This document shows positions 1 to 13,316 of a stretch of 42,574 nt of DNA, piece by piece. Location: positions 1 to 42,574 of IMG/VR virus record IMGVR_UViG_2675903468_000002; one strand, 5' to 3'. The notes beneath the pieces were generated by a model that saw only the letters and a program-made list of their open reading frames with translations, made no database searches and had not been told where the DNA came from. Numbering within the stretch: position 1 is the first letter of the stretch; each line of letters begins with the position of its first letter. The DNA is from a virus (lineage: Duplodnaviria > Heunggongvirae > Uroviricota > Caudoviricetes). Both the position numbers and the translations under genes were made by a program.

Positions 1-1875
1 GCCAGACGGAACGGTATCTGATGGCCACGGGATTGGTGCGCCAGGCGGATAAAACTGCTCTGATGGCGTATAGAGTGAATAAACTGTACCGTCCGTTAAC
101 CCTTCCGGCTTATTAGCAGAATATGCTGGTGACGTATGAATCGTCACGCTGGCATTACTGGTATAATCCCATTGAATATTTACACCAGTCGCATAATTTC
201 CGATTGCAACGTAAATATCGTAAGTATCACCAGATGTATTAACCCAGGCAAAATTTGTAAACCCTGTCAATGTGCGCTGCCATAAAGCACCAGTAATCCC
301 CTTCGGATTACCATTACCTGCACGTAAAACAAGTTCAGATATACCTGCCTGTTGAGGTGACCCCACGTTAAATCCAGCGCCACCAATCAACGTAATTGAA
401 ACAACAGAACTCGCCTGTGGCATGGTTACCGTTGCTAATTTGAACCAACCAGCACCACCGCTGAATGACATTGTTGTTGAGTTAAGCGTACCAATATCTT
501 TCGGCGTCAGTGTTATATCCGCTGAAAGCGCCTTACCATTCACCTTACGGGCAGAAGGTACCCGACCATTCGCATTGTCATTAGCTGCTTTCACTGCTTT
601 CGGTGTCGCAGCAAGCGTTTCAGATGTGCTGTTGGTTGCACTACTGAGCTGGACAATTCCTTTTTGTGCTGTCGTAGCGTCCTGTGCGGTGTATTTCCCG
701 TTAGCCAGGTCATACGCGGCCTTAACGGCTTTTGGCGTTGCCGCCTGTGACTCGGAAGTGCTGTTGGTCGCACTGCTGAGCTGTACTACCCCCTTTTTCG
801 TCGTGCTCGCATCCTCAAGCGCCACGGCGGATGCAATATCCTCTGCACGTTTTGCCGAATTTTCTGCACGTATTGCCGCCGCTTCTGCCGCACTTTTGCT
901 CTGCGATGCTGATACCGCACTTCCCGCAGCCTCTGTCGCCTTCGTGGATGCCGTTGACGCACTCCCCGCCGCCGCTGTTTTTGCGTCTGCCGCGGCAGAG
1001 GCGCTCCGTTCCGCTGCTGTTTCAGATGACCTGGCATTCGTCTCGGACGTTTTTGCCGCCTTCGCGGAATTTCCTGCCGCTGTTGCCGAGGAAGCTGCGC
1101 TACTGGCGCTCGAGGATGCGTTCGTTTCTGATGATTTTGCCGCCTCTTTTGAAGCCGCCGCATCCCGGGCTGAGGTGGCAGCTTCTGACGCTTTCGTAGT
1201 CGCGGTGGATGCAGAAGTGGCTGCTGATTGTTGTGACGCTGCAGCATTCGTTTCTGACGTTTTCGCGGCACTGGCACTGGTAGCTGCCGCGCTTTTTGAG
1301 GACTCTGCAGCGGCAGCACTTTTTTCCGCTTCAGTGGCCTTTGTTGATGCCGTTCCTGCGCTGGAAGTCGCTGACTGAGCCGACGACGCGGCCTGTCCGG
1401 CTGACGTGCTGGCTGCGCGTGCTGAGCCTGCAGCATCAGTCGCATGGGTTGCCGCCTCACGGGCTGATGTGCTGGCATCACTGGCTGACTTCTTCGCGGC
1501 TGCCGTGTTCTGTGCCACCACGGACGCGTTACGCGCCACCTCTTCCACCATCAGCTCAAAACGGCGCAGTGCCTCCGGACGGGCATCATCCTCCGTCATG
1601 GCACCGAGAAAATCATTCAGCGTACCGGGTCGGGAATCTTCATACACTGTGATGGTCCCGGCATGTGACGGCGGGAATCCTTCCACCAACAGAATAACGC
1701 TGTACTGACCGTACTCAACGTCCATACTGTAACGCCCGGCTTCATCCGGATTTTCAGATGCCAGCGTGTTCACCACCACCGTGGTACTGTTACGTTTTGC
1801 TTTCAGCTGGATTGTGCAGTTCTGTACCGGTTTTCCTGTGCCGTCTTTCAGTACACCTGAAATTTTTACTGCCAT
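1..1875 (-). CDS. stf: Side tail fiber protein, partial (3' end lies beyond window start)
   Basis: Minus-strand frame from ATG at 1875 translates MAVKISGVLKDGTGKPVQNCTIQLKAKRNSTTVVVNTLASENPDEAGRYSMDVEYGQYSV..., with Ala/Ser-rich repeats and the paired KKGVVQLSSATNSTSE / QKGIVQLSSATNSTSE motifs as in lambda Stf; open to position 1. Absent from the ORF track because it has no stop in the window. Confidence 0.85.
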   Translation of the reverse strand, partial: MAVKISGVLKDGTGKPVQNCTIQLKAKRNSTTVVVNTLASENPDEAGRYSMDVEYGQYSVILLVEGFPPSHAGTITVYEDSRPGTLNDFLGAMTEDDARPEALRRFELMVEEVARNASVVAQNTAAAKKSASDASTSAREAATHATDAAGSARAASTSAGQAASSAQSATSSAGTASTKATEAEKSAAAAESSKSAAATSASAAKTSETNAAASQQSAATSASTATTKASEAATSARDAAASKEAAKSSETNASSSASSAASSATAAGNSAKAAKTSETNARSSETAAERSASAAADAKTAAAGSASTASTKATEAAGSAVSASQSKSAAEAAAIRAENSAKRAEDIASAVALEDASTTKKGVVQLSSATNSTSESQAATPKAVKAAYDLANGKYTAQDATTAQKGIVQLSSATNSTSETLAATPKAVKAANDNANGRVPSARKVNGKALSADITLTPKDIGTLNSTTMSFSGGAGWFKLATVTMPQASSVVSITLIGGAGFNVGSPQQAGISELVLRAGNGNPKGITGALWQRTLTGFTNFAWVNTSGDTYDIYVAIGNYATGVNIQWDYTSNASVTIHTSPAYSANKPEGLTDGTVYSLYTPSEQFYPPGAPIPWPSDTVPSG

Positions 1876-1882
1876 ATTCACC

Positions 1883-1913
1883 CCACAAAAAAGCCCGCCT
1901 GAACCGGCGGGCT
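1883..1913 (-). terminator. Intrinsic terminator between lom and stf
   Basis: 8-bp stem AGCCCGCC/GGCGGGCT with 6-nt loop, followed on the minus strand by TTTTTTGTGGGG. Confidence 0.55.
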
Positions 1914-1939
1914 GTCATAACACTGTGTTACCTGGCTAA

Positions 1940-2539
1940 TCAGAATTTATAACCAACACCCACGATGAACCCGTCAGTGCGCCAGTCACCACTGCCGGAG
2001 CCTTCATAAGCGACATCAATGGCCACGGATTCGGTCGGGTTAAACTGCACGCCAGCTCCCCACGCCAGAGACGTGTTGCTGTGGCGACCGTCATCACTTC
2101 CGGTCAGCACATCGTGCTTTTTCCCCTTGTTGTCAGTTACGCGGAGATAATCCCCGGAGAAAGTCGACACACGGCTGTAAGCCACACCCGCCATCGCATA
2201 CGCGCTGAACCATTCATTCACGCGCACAGACGGCCCCGCCATTACGCTGAACCAGCGGTTACGAACGGAATCTTCATGCCAGCGGGTATCGCTGTAACGG
2301 GTAATCTGGCGATTCTTGTCTCCTGCATAGCTGAACGACGTCACCATCCCCAGTGTGTCCGTAAACTCATAACGGTATTTCACGTTAATCCCGTTCAGAT
2401 CATCACTGCCGGGAACGTTCGTCCGGGCATGAAGATACCCCGCGCTCAGCGTGGACTGATGTTCAGACGCCCATGCAGGCGCACCGGATACGGCCAGACA
2501 AATGGCTGCGGACAAAATGGCGGCATAAAGTTTACGCAT
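1940..2539 (-). CDS. lom: Outer membrane protein Lom (Ail/Lom family)
   Basis: 199 aa with signal peptide [24 protein letters not shown] and beta-barrel-like alternating pattern; position between J and stf as in lambda. Confidence 0.9.
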   Translation of the reverse strand: MRKLYAAILSAAICLAVSGAPAWASEHQSTLSAGYLHARTNVPGSDDLNGINVKYRYEFTDTLGMVTSFSYAGDKNRQITRYSDTRWHEDSVRNRWFSVMAGPSVRVNEWFSAYAMAGVAYSRVSTFSGDYLRVTDNKGKKHDVLTGSDDGRHSNTSLAWGAGVQFNPTESVAIDVAYEGSGSGDWRTDGFIVGVGYKF

Positions 2540-2605
2540 AATTACCTCTCGCTTTTCTGCAATAAAAAAGGCGTCATTTCTGACGCCCGTTCTGGGTTAT
2601 AAAAT

Positions 2606-6007
<3,402 letters not shown>

Positions 6008-6063
6008 TCACGCTCCATAAACGACAAAACCGCCCGGAGGCGGTTTCACATAAACGTTTTTCA

Positions 6064-6705
6064 TCAGCGACCAATCACCACAACCTGACCACCATCCCCT
6101 TCGTCTGCCGTGCTGATCTCCTGAGAGACCACCCGCGACCCCACGCGCATTTCACCGTACAGAACGGGCAGAACATTGCCCTGGGCAACCATATTATCCA
6201 GTGAAGAAAAATAGGTGTTCTGTTTGCCGTTATCCGTTGTCTGTGTGCGGGGGGTTTTGGGTTTAGGGGCCAGCATCTGTGCAACACCGCCAAGCGTCAT
6301 ACTGGCACCGAGAGAAAACAGCAGATTACTCGCCATAATTCCTACCCCCGGCATCCATATAGCAACCGCCATAACAGCCGCCCCCAGCACAGCCTGAAAC
6401 ACACCGCCACTTTTGGCTCCTGCCAGACGCGGCACGATGTGGATCACAGCACCATTTGCCAGCGGTTCATTAAGACGGGCTGATAATTCGTTTTCACCTG
6501 TATCACGCCCGGCAATCCGTATCTGATACCAGCCATCGCTCAGTTTCTGACGAAACGCCGGGAGCTGTGTGGCCAGCGCCCGGATGGCTTCAGCCCCCGT
6601 TTTCACACGAAGGTCGATGCGGCGGCCAAATCGTTGCAAATCCCCGTAAAGGCAGATGCGTGCCATGCCCGGTGACGCCAGAGGGAGTGTGTGCGTCGCT
6701 GCCAT
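6064..6705 (-). CDS. I: Tail assembly protein I
   Basis: 213 aa starting MAATHTLPLASPGMARICLYGDLQRFGRRIDLRVKTGAEAIRALATQLPAFRQKLSDGWYQ, matching lambda gpI. Confidence 0.9.
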   Translation of the reverse strand: MAATHTLPLASPGMARICLYGDLQRFGRRIDLRVKTGAEAIRALATQLPAFRQKLSDGWYQIRIAGRDTGENELSARLNEPLANGAVIHIVPRLAGAKSGGVFQAVLGAAVMAVAIWMPGVGIMASNLLFSLGASMTLGGVAQMLAPKPKTPRTQTTDNGKQNTYFSSLDNMVAQGNVLPVLYGEMRVGSRVVSQEISTADEGDGGQVVVIGR

Positions 6706-7346
6706 TTGTCGGTGTACCTCTCTCGTTTACTCAGTTGTTCAGGAATATGGTGCAGCAGCTCGCCGTCACCACAGTAAATGGCAGCATGATTCGGCACCGA
6801 TGAACCAAAGCTGCACAGCAGCACGTCGCCAGGCTGCGCCTCTGTCAGTGCGACACGGTAAAAACCCGTTGCCTCCATATTGTCAAGATAGAGATTCTGA
6901 CCGTGACGCCACCAGTCATCCTCGCGATGAAAATCCGGCATCTCAATCCCCGCCAGATGATAAGCATCCCGGAACAGCGTGTAACAGTCCGTCACCCCGT
7001 GCTCAAAGCGACGCCCGGTGAGATGCGGCACACAGCGGAACTTGTGAATCGCCCCCCGGCAGACCAGCCACCACGGCAAATCACTCTGCACCTGCAGCCG
7101 CCGGTCAGCCTCACTCAGCCAGGGCAGACCACCGGGATGACTGTGGACCAGTGCCACAATCTCACCCTGCATCTCTGCCTGCAGCCAGTCCTCCGGAGCC
7201 ATCCGGAAATAACCCTCCGGCTCACCGGAAATATTCATGCAGGGAAAATATCTTTCCCCCTCCGGCGTGCTTACCACGAAGCCGCACGACTCCGCTGGCG
7301 CACATCGCCGGGCGTGCGCCAGAATCGCTGATTCAGTCTCTGTCAT
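6603..7346 (-). CDS. K: Tail tip assembly protein K (JAB/MPN plus NlpC/P60-like)
   Basis: Lambda gpK-like sequence (HSHPGG...SEADRRLQ motif). Start placed at ATG 7346, 5 nt after the L stop; the ORF track's longer ORF to 7421 would overlap L. Confidence 0.8.
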   Translation of the reverse strand: MTETESAILAHARRCAPAESCGFVVSTPEGERYFPCMNISGEPEGYFRMAPEDWLQAEMQGEIVALVHSHPGGLPWLSEADRRLQVQSDLPWWLVCRGAIHKFRCVPHLTGRRFEHGVTDCYTLFRDAYHLAGIEMPDFHREDDWWRHGQNLYLDNMEATGFYRVALTEAQPGDVLLCSFGSSVPNHAAIYCGDGELLHHIPEQLSKRERYTDKWQRRTHSLWRHRAWHASAFTGICNDLAAASTFV

Positions 7347-7350
7347 GGAT

Positions 7351-8049
7351 TTACTGCGAAAGTTTATTGATGGAAAGGAAACCGCCAAAGTTACCGACGT
7401 TATGACGTGACTTACAGCCACTCAGGCATTTACTGCATTTATCCTTCGTGATATCAGACGTCGGCTCGTCATATTCATCCGCGACAGCCGGACCGTGATA
7501 ACCGCACTCATCACCGCGATAGGTCCAGGTACAGGTGTTGGCCAGCATGGTACGTCCCGGGAAAACCGCACCGTCTGTCTCCGCTGGCGAGGCCAGAACA
7601 AACGTTGCCGTCACCGCCGTCAGATCGCTGCACTGTTCAATACGCCAGTAACTGATCACCTCCTGTTCCGGATCGGCTTCACTGTTTCCATTGGTAAAAT
7701 TCACCGCATCCAGAAAACGGGCGTAAACCTTACGCCGGATCACCGTTCCGCCAGCCAGACTCTGTAAATCCTCCACCATCCCGGTAACCATCCCGTACAG
7801 ATTGGACACCGTCAGGGTGGGGCGGGCGCTGCTTCCCTTGCCTTTCATTTCAAACCCTGCTCCCTGAACAGGATACACCTCATATTTCCGGCCCTGCCAG
7901 GTGACGGCCTCCCCCTTCTCGTTAGGCTCATTACTGAAAAAATAACGCTCCCCGCCAATCTCTGTCAGATCAATTTCCCAGAGTACCAGACTGGCAGACT
8001 GCTCCGTACGGGTACATTCATTCAGTGTTTCCTGCCGGATATCCTGCAT
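7351..8049 (-). CDS. L: Minor tail protein L
   Basis: 232 aa, MQDIRQETLNECTRTEQSASLVLWEIDLTEIGGERYFF..., near-identical to recalled lambda gpL including the C-terminal CSKCLSGCK motif. Confidence 0.95.
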   Translation of the reverse strand: MQDIRQETLNECTRTEQSASLVLWEIDLTEIGGERYFFSNEPNEKGEAVTWQGRKYEVYPVQGAGFEMKGKGSSARPTLTVSNLYGMVTGMVEDLQSLAGGTVIRRKVYARFLDAVNFTNGNSEADPEQEVISYWRIEQCSDLTAVTATFVLASPAETDGAVFPGRTMLANTCTWTYRGDECGYHGPAVADEYDEPTSDITKDKCSKCLSGCKSRHNVGNFGGFLSINKLSQ

Positions 8050-8058
8050 CCGTCCTCC

Positions 8059-8391
8059 TCATACCACGACCTGTTCAAAATTTGCGGTTACCGTGACCCA
8101 CAGCGCCCCCACACTGGACGACCATTTACGGCAGACCACCCGGACAGGTGTCCAGCCATAAGGCGGTATCCACTGAAACGCCCTGACCCCACCGTGCCGG
8201 GCCAGAAACGCTTCCAGCGCCTGATGCTCCCCTTTACGGACACGGATCGTGACACTGTACGTTGGCAACAGAGAATTCAGTCCTGCCGGACGACGCTGTT
8301 CATAACCATCGCCCAGTTTAACTGTCACCACTTTTGGCTCTGAATCCACCTTCATATCCGGACGGACTTTCCAGCTAAATATCTCCATCAC
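8059..8391 (-). CDS. M: Minor tail protein M
   Basis: 110 aa; size and position between H and L as in lambda. Confidence 0.85.
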   Translation of the reverse strand: MMEIFSWKVRPDMKVDSEPKVVTVKLGDGYEQRRPAGLNSLLPTYSVTIRVRKGEHQALEAFLARHGGVRAFQWIPPYGWTPVRVVCRKWSSSVGALWVTVTANFEQVVV

Positions 8392-11300
8392 CGGTATACT
8401 CCGCTTAACTGCCCGCCATCACGGGACTGTTGTTGCATAAAATCTGCTGCAGCCCTTTTCCCCAGGTTGTAAACCGCCTGCATGGCTTCCGGCCCAATCT
8501 GTCCGTTCTGGCCATCATTATTGATCTCGATGTTGTACTGCGGCGCAAACATCACCATCCCCGAACCACAGGTCGCTGCCACAACACCCAGCTTACCGTC
8601 AGCCCCCCTGCGCAAGGGCAGGATAGCCTCAGGCCCCGCTTCACCCATCACCCCCGCGCCTTTTGCAAAAGCAAAAAACGTCGGACGGTTAACCACCGTG
8701 CCACTGTAGCGACTCAAATCAGCAGACTGATAAACACCACCTTCTGCATTGGTTTTCACATCACCGAAATCAAACCCCATCACACTGCCAATCCCTTTGA
8801 CAGCCTTCATCATGGTTGCCTGCGCCAGAATTTTTGCCATATCTGACAGCACGGATGAGGTAAAAGATTTGAAATTCAGTTTACCTGTCGTGCAGAACGT
8901 CGCCAGCCCGTTGCCCATGCTGCTGAACGCGGTATTAAACAACTGCTCAGCGGTACCCGCCGCGTTATCCGCATCCTCTGTAAAATTCTGAAAAGCCCGC
9001 ATGGCACCGTTTTTCCAGTCTGCCTGCATCAGTTCCTGTTCCTGCCAGTAACGTCTGTTTTCGTTCAGTTGCCGGTTAAGACTGTCTGTCAGCGTCTGCT
9101 CAGCATTCCGGTATTCATCTGTGCCATATGTTCCTTTCTGCTTACTGTCACGCTCCAGCTGTTCCCGCTGCTGCTGATATTTTTGTTGCAGACTGAACTG
9201 TGCCTGGTATCGCTGACGCTGTTTATCCCCCATCCCTGTCGTGGCGATATCCAGGTCATGTTGCTGACGCAGAGCCCGCTCCTCTTCCGCCAGCTGGCTG
9301 GCAAGCTGAATGGATTTTTTCTTCAAATCATTCAGCGCCGTCTGCTTCTGCAGCTCCTGCTGTTTTGCATCCAGCAGCGTCAGTGCCTGAATCAGCTCAT
9401 CCTTGTGAGCCAGCACACTTTTTTCATCTGCTGTCAGTTTCTTACCGGCCAAATCGCTGATACGCTGCTGAAGGGCCAGAAGCTGTTTATGCGCTTCTGT
9501 CATCCTTTCAGTAGCCATGCCAGCTGACTGTCTGGCGGCGGCAATCTGTCCCTCCACCTGTGCCTGTTGCTGGCTGTACTGCAGTAATAACCGGGTGGCC
9601 TCATCATTACGGGTGGCAGGCGTTTTTTTCTTAATGGCTTTTTCGTAACGTTCATTTTCACGCTGTATCGCTGCGTCCCTGACCGCCTGATCGGCGTACT
9701 GCATGGCATTAATACGCGCAATTTCACGCTGATGTCGTGCTGCTTCCGTTTCGTTCATCCGGTTCAGCGCGGCATTTTCAGCATTCCGGCGTTTCTGCTG
9801 CTCCTGATAATTTCGCTCAGCCTGCTCTTTTGCATCCTGCAAATCCTGCTGGCGTTTTCGCTCTTGCAGCGCATCCAGTTGTTGCTGATCGTATTCCACC
9901 GTGGTGGACGCCTTAGTCCACGGAAATTTCTTCGCCCGCTGAATTTTTTCCTGCAGCGACGCAATCTGCGCATCAAGGGAATCTTCCCGACCAATGTTCA
10001 TGGCCGCATCCCAGAACTGCTTCCACCAGTCAGACAAGGTTTGCAGCGTACTGCCCAGCGCATTGAGGTTATTATCAATATCCGACGTACGTTTACCGGT
10101 TTCCTCTGCCAGTGCAGACATGGCTATCCGGGCGGCGTCACTGGTGCGCCCCTGCTCTCCGAGCACACGGATCTGTTCAAGCTGGGTGGCTGTCAGAAAA
10201 TGCAGTTCATCATCCAGCGCCTTCGCAGCACTGACCGGATCATCCTTCAGCCGTTTAAACTGACTGATGGTGTCACTGACAGACTGCCCTACCGAGCGTT
10301 CCATCTGTGCGGCAGCTTTCGCCACCATACCAATATCGTTACCGTGAAATGCACCGCTCCCCACTACCTGCGCCAGTGACCCCGCCATGGCATGTTGCGT
10401 GATGCCATTACCGGAAAGATTTTTACTGAGCGCCCGCAACTGCCCGGCTGTCACACCGGCATAGTGTCCGGTGAGCTCAAGCTGCCGGTTAAAGGCTTCG
10501 CCTTCTTCCTGCCCCTCCATCCAGGCTTTACCCAGACCAATAACCGCAGCAGTGATCCCTCCGATAACTCCCCCCACCGCCAGGCCTTTCGGCGTCATTA
10601 ATTTATCAATCCAGCCGGCACGGTTAGCCAGGGTGATCCCGGAGCCACGAAGCGCACCGAAATTACCTCGCGCCAGCTCACCAATCATGACCCCCAGCTC
10701 CCGACGGGCTGCCGCACTTTTCAGTCCCAGCGAATGTGTGGTGTTTCCGGCTTTCTCCATTTTACGGATGTACACCTCCGCGGCACTGCTGCACCCAAGT
10801 TGTGCCGCCTTTGCCCGAAGCAGTTCCGTCGTGGTCATTTTCTGGCGACTTGTCTGTTCTTTCAGCTGACGAATAAATGCGGTTTTCTGGCGGGTGGCCG
10901 TTTCCTCTGCCTGTGTCAGAACGCGGGTTTTCGCTGTCACCTCAGAAATCAGGGCCAGATAATCCTGCTGAGCAATCCCGCCACTGTTTCTGGCCTGTCG
11001 GATCTGCTGCTGAATACGCTGTAACTCCTGCAGCCCCGCACTGGCCTGTTTTACGCTGTCGATCTGACGATAAAATGCGGCAGCCATCTTATCCTGCGCC
11101 GCAGCCAGCGCAGCCGCCTGAACCTGCTCCTCCCGCATCTGACGACTCAGGGCCTCCATCCGCAGGCGCGCCCTTTCCACATCTTCCGCCAGCGAAACAT
11201 GCCCCTGCGCATGCTTCACCACGGCCTGAGTCTGTATCACCGTCGCGCTGGCAGCCTGTTTCTGACTTTCCTCAAACCGTTTCATACGGGCTTCGGCCCG

Positions 11301-11411
11301 CTCCGCCTCCCTTGCTGTACCATTCAGCAGATTTTTTACACGCGGAAGCTGCTCTTTAAAATCGGCGGTATCAATGCTTAAATCAATGACAAGGTCAGCA
11401 ATCTGGTCCAA
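8388..11411 (-). CDS. H: Tail tape measure protein H
   Basis: 1007-aa coiled-coil-rich ORF between the G/T region and M; lambda H position. Confidence 0.9.
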   Translation of the reverse strand: MDQIADLVIDLSIDTADFKEQLPRVKNLLNGTAREAERAEARMKRFEESQKQAASATVIQTQAVVKHAQGHVSLAEDVERARLRMEALSRQMREEQVQAAALAAAQDKMAAAFYRQIDSVKQASAGLQELQRIQQQIRQARNSGGIAQQDYLALISEVTAKTRVLTQAEETATRQKTAFIRQLKEQTSRQKMTTTELLRAKAAQLGCSSAAEVYIRKMEKAGNTTHSLGLKSAAARRELGVMIGELARGNFGALRGSGITLANRAGWIDKLMTPKGLAVGGVIGGITAAVIGLGKAWMEGQEEGEAFNRQLELTGHYAGVTAGQLRALSKNLSGNGITQHAMAGSLAQVVGSGAFHGNDIGMVAKAAAQMERSVGQSVSDTISQFKRLKDDPVSAAKALDDELHFLTATQLEQIRVLGEQGRTSDAARIAMSALAEETGKRTSDIDNNLNALGSTLQTLSDWWKQFWDAAMNIGREDSLDAQIASLQEKIQRAKKFPWTKASTTVEYDQQQLDALQERKRQQDLQDAKEQAERNYQEQQKRRNAENAALNRMNETEAARHQREIARINAMQYADQAVRDAAIQRENERYEKAIKKKTPATRNDEATRLLLQYSQQQAQVEGQIAAARQSAGMATERMTEAHKQLLALQQRISDLAGKKLTADEKSVLAHKDELIQALTLLDAKQQELQKQTALNDLKKKSIQLASQLAEEERALRQQHDLDIATTGMGDKQRQRYQAQFSLQQKYQQQREQLERDSKQKGTYGTDEYRNAEQTLTDSLNRQLNENRRYWQEQELMQADWKNGAMRAFQNFTEDADNAAGTAEQLFNTAFSSMGNGLATFCTTGKLNFKSFTSSVLSDMAKILAQATMMKAVKGIGSVMGFDFGDVKTNAEGGVYQSADLSRYSGTVVNRPTFFAFAKGAGVMGEAGPEAILPLRRGADGKLGVVAATCGSGMVMFAPQYNIEINNDGQNGQIGPEAMQAVYNLGKRAAADFMQQQSRDGGQLSGVYR

Positions 11412-11709
11412 ATCTCATTCCTCCCGATATACCTTCCCCCAGATGCATCAGCTCTTCATCCGTGCGTTCAGGGATCACCCTGTCATCCGTAACCAGACTG
11501 AAATCATCCGCCGGAATACGTTCACCGGACACCATCTGAACCATCAGCGACTTCAGTGTGGAAATCTGTGCATCCAGCCAGATATCCCCGAAACTCTGCT
11601 TCCGGAAGAAATCCCCCCATTCGCCCAGTTCTGACGCTGACATTTCTGATAACATCCGCCGCCAGTCTGCCCGCCGGAACTCACGGGCAAGCTGCATCAC
11701 AAACTGCAT
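11395..11709 (-). CDS. T: Tail assembly chaperone T segment (expressed as G-T fusion by -1 frameshift)
   Basis: ORF in -1 frame relative to G, directly downstream; ends ...GGMRFGPDC, resembling lambda gpT GGVRFGPDG; frame opens inside the 3' end of G. Confidence 0.65.
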   Translation of the reverse strand: MQFVMQLAREFRRADWRRMLSEMSASELGEWGDFFRKQSFGDIWLDAQISTLKSLMVQMVSGERIPADDFSLVTDDRVIPERTDEELMHLGEGISGGMRFGPDC

Positions 11710-11717
11710 CTCCCGCG

Positions 11718-12107
11718 TCAGGACTTTTCCGGTGTCAGGGGAACCTGTTCACCGTTCTGAACATCACCGGTGGAGACCGGCATACCACTCAGGGATAAAA
11801 CCAGACTGCCCCCGTCGCCAAGCGCGTCATAAGACCAGGTGTTTTTTACATCCTCATTCAGCGCATCCACATCCTGTGACGGGTCCGTATTCCACATTGA
11901 CCTGGAAACCAGCCAGGCATTGATATCCATCCCCATACGCAGAAATTCAATCTGACGATCCGCCACCGGCATGGCATCATCCAGGGCGTCAAACTCAGCT
12001 GTCCGTTTCTGGACAAACGCCAGATACTCCACCCGCTGAAGTCCGGATAATTCCGTCAGTACCACAGACTGATTACCGTAGTTAAATGTGTCCTGTTTCA
12101 GAAACAT
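11718..12107 (-). CDS. G: Tail assembly chaperone G
   Basis: Start at internal Met MFLKQDTFNYGNQSVVLTELSGLQRVEYLAF, similar to lambda gpG MFLKTESFEHNGVTVTLSELSALQRIEHLAL. Confidence 0.8.
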   Translation of the reverse strand: MFLKQDTFNYGNQSVVLTELSGLQRVEYLAFVQKRTAEFDALDDAMPVADRQIEFLRMGMDINAWLVSRSMWNTDPSQDVDALNEDVKNTWSYDALGDGGSLVLSLSGMPVSTGDVQNGEQVPLTPEKS

Positions 12108-12163
12108 GTCCCCTCCGTAAACAAAAAACCCCGGCATACCGGGGTAAAAAACAGACTGCCAGG

Positions 12164-12904
12164 TTAATCACCATTAACGGTAATACCGGCCACAGCAACC
12201 TGCGCACCACCCGCAGTCATCCCCACAATCGAGGTGCTGCCCGCTTTCACACCTTTCACCGTGGCCACCATGCCACTCAGCGTAACCGTGGCGATATCAG
12301 GAGATGATGACGCCACACTCACCGTTTTATCAGATGCATCTTCCGGTACTGTGCTAAATGTCAGCGTCGTCGTTGCCCCCACTCTGACACTGGCGGAAAC
12401 CGGCATTACTGTCAGCCCGGTCACCCCCACAATTTCAGTCCCCTCCTCAGCCAGATACGGACGCCCCACACCGCTGATTTTAACCGTACGGGTCATCACA
12501 TCTTTTGACGTAATGGTTTTACCCAGCGAACTCAGCCAGCCGCGGAACACATCAACGGTACCGTTAGGGTATTTAATGCGGAATGCACGAACTTCACCGG
12601 AATCAAACAACTGAATCAGTTTTTTCTGTCCGCTGTCACCCGGACGCCAGGCCAGCGTCGCGGATGTATCACCAACAGATTTTTGCCCCTGAGTTGTCGT
12701 TTTCCAGTCAGCATTTTCATCATCGAGATAATCGTCATCTTCCGCATCTGCAGTCATTTCCCCCGGCTGCAGATCCTTCACCATCGCGAGGCGCAGCCAG
12801 TCCGTATCTGACAAAGGATTCGCAAATGCGTCGCCCTTGCCGGTATACATCCAGAACGTCGTCCCCGCCCCTTTCATTTTTTCAAGTGGATTCGGTGTCG
12901 TCAT
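12164..12904 (-). CDS. V: Major tail protein V
   Basis: Start at Met MTTPNPLEKMKGAGTTFWMYTGKGDAFANPLSD, close to lambda gpV; C-terminal Ig-like segment. Confidence 0.9.
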   Translation of the reverse strand: MTTPNPLEKMKGAGTTFWMYTGKGDAFANPLSDTDWLRLAMVKDLQPGEMTADAEDDDYLDDENADWKTTTQGQKSVGDTSATLAWRPGDSGQKKLIQLFDSGEVRAFRIKYPNGTVDVFRGWLSSLGKTITSKDVMTRTVKISGVGRPYLAEEGTEIVGVTGLTVMPVSASVRVGATTTLTFSTVPEDASDKTVSVASSSPDIATVTLSGMVATVKGVKAGSTSIVGMTAGGAQVAVAGITVNGD

Positions 12905-12914
12905 TTCCCACCCC

Positions 12915-13316
12915 TTAATTTGTATATGTGATTTGATACGTGATTTCCGCCATCGCCCATGTTGCCATATCGTTATCACGCTGATAGTTAAATCCCCGTG
13001 GGATCATGGTATCGATAAGGCCGTAAAGCGCCGGAATATCCTCCAGTGCCGGGTAAATAATGTTGTCCATCCACGTATCCAGATCAGAATCCGGTGCCTG
13101 TGCACGGATAAAGACGGCGACATGCAGAACTGCCAGCCAGTCATCCTCATCCGTCATTTTTCCGGTGTACTGTGCATCACTCAGCCACACCGCCACAGCA
13201 GGCAGCTCCTGCGCATCAATAAAGGCAGGAAGGCCGTCAAACAGGACGGTCTTCTCCCCGCACGTCGTTTTCAGGCGCGACAATACGGCCTGACGAATTT
13301 GTGTGTGTCGGTTCAT
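12915..13316 (-). CDS. U: Tail terminator protein U
   Basis: 133 aa, lambda gpU-like (FDGLPAFIDAQELPAVAVWLSDAQYTG). Confidence 0.9.
   Translation of the reverse strand: MNRHTQIRQAVLSRLKTTCGEKTVLFDGLPAFIDAQELPAVAVWLSDAQYTGKMTDEDDWLAVLHVAVFIRAQAPDSDLDTWMDNIIYPALEDIPALYGLIDTMIPRGFNYQRDNDMATWAMAEITYQITYTN

Noticed and set aside
422-1378. 318-aa plus-strand ORF, extremely Ala-rich
   Set aside because: It is the reverse-strand shadow of the stf gene, whose minus-strand translation matches lambda Stf; no RBS and low-complexity composition.
786-1481. 231-aa minus-strand ORF rich in Arg, Gln and Pro
   Set aside because: Wrong reading frame of the stf coding region; the Stf-like frame is a different minus-strand frame.
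9732-10379. Plus-strand ORFs of 150-215 aa within 9.0-11.4 kb
   Set aside because: All lie antisense to the tape measure gene H and have low-complexity Leu/Arg/Gln-rich composition.
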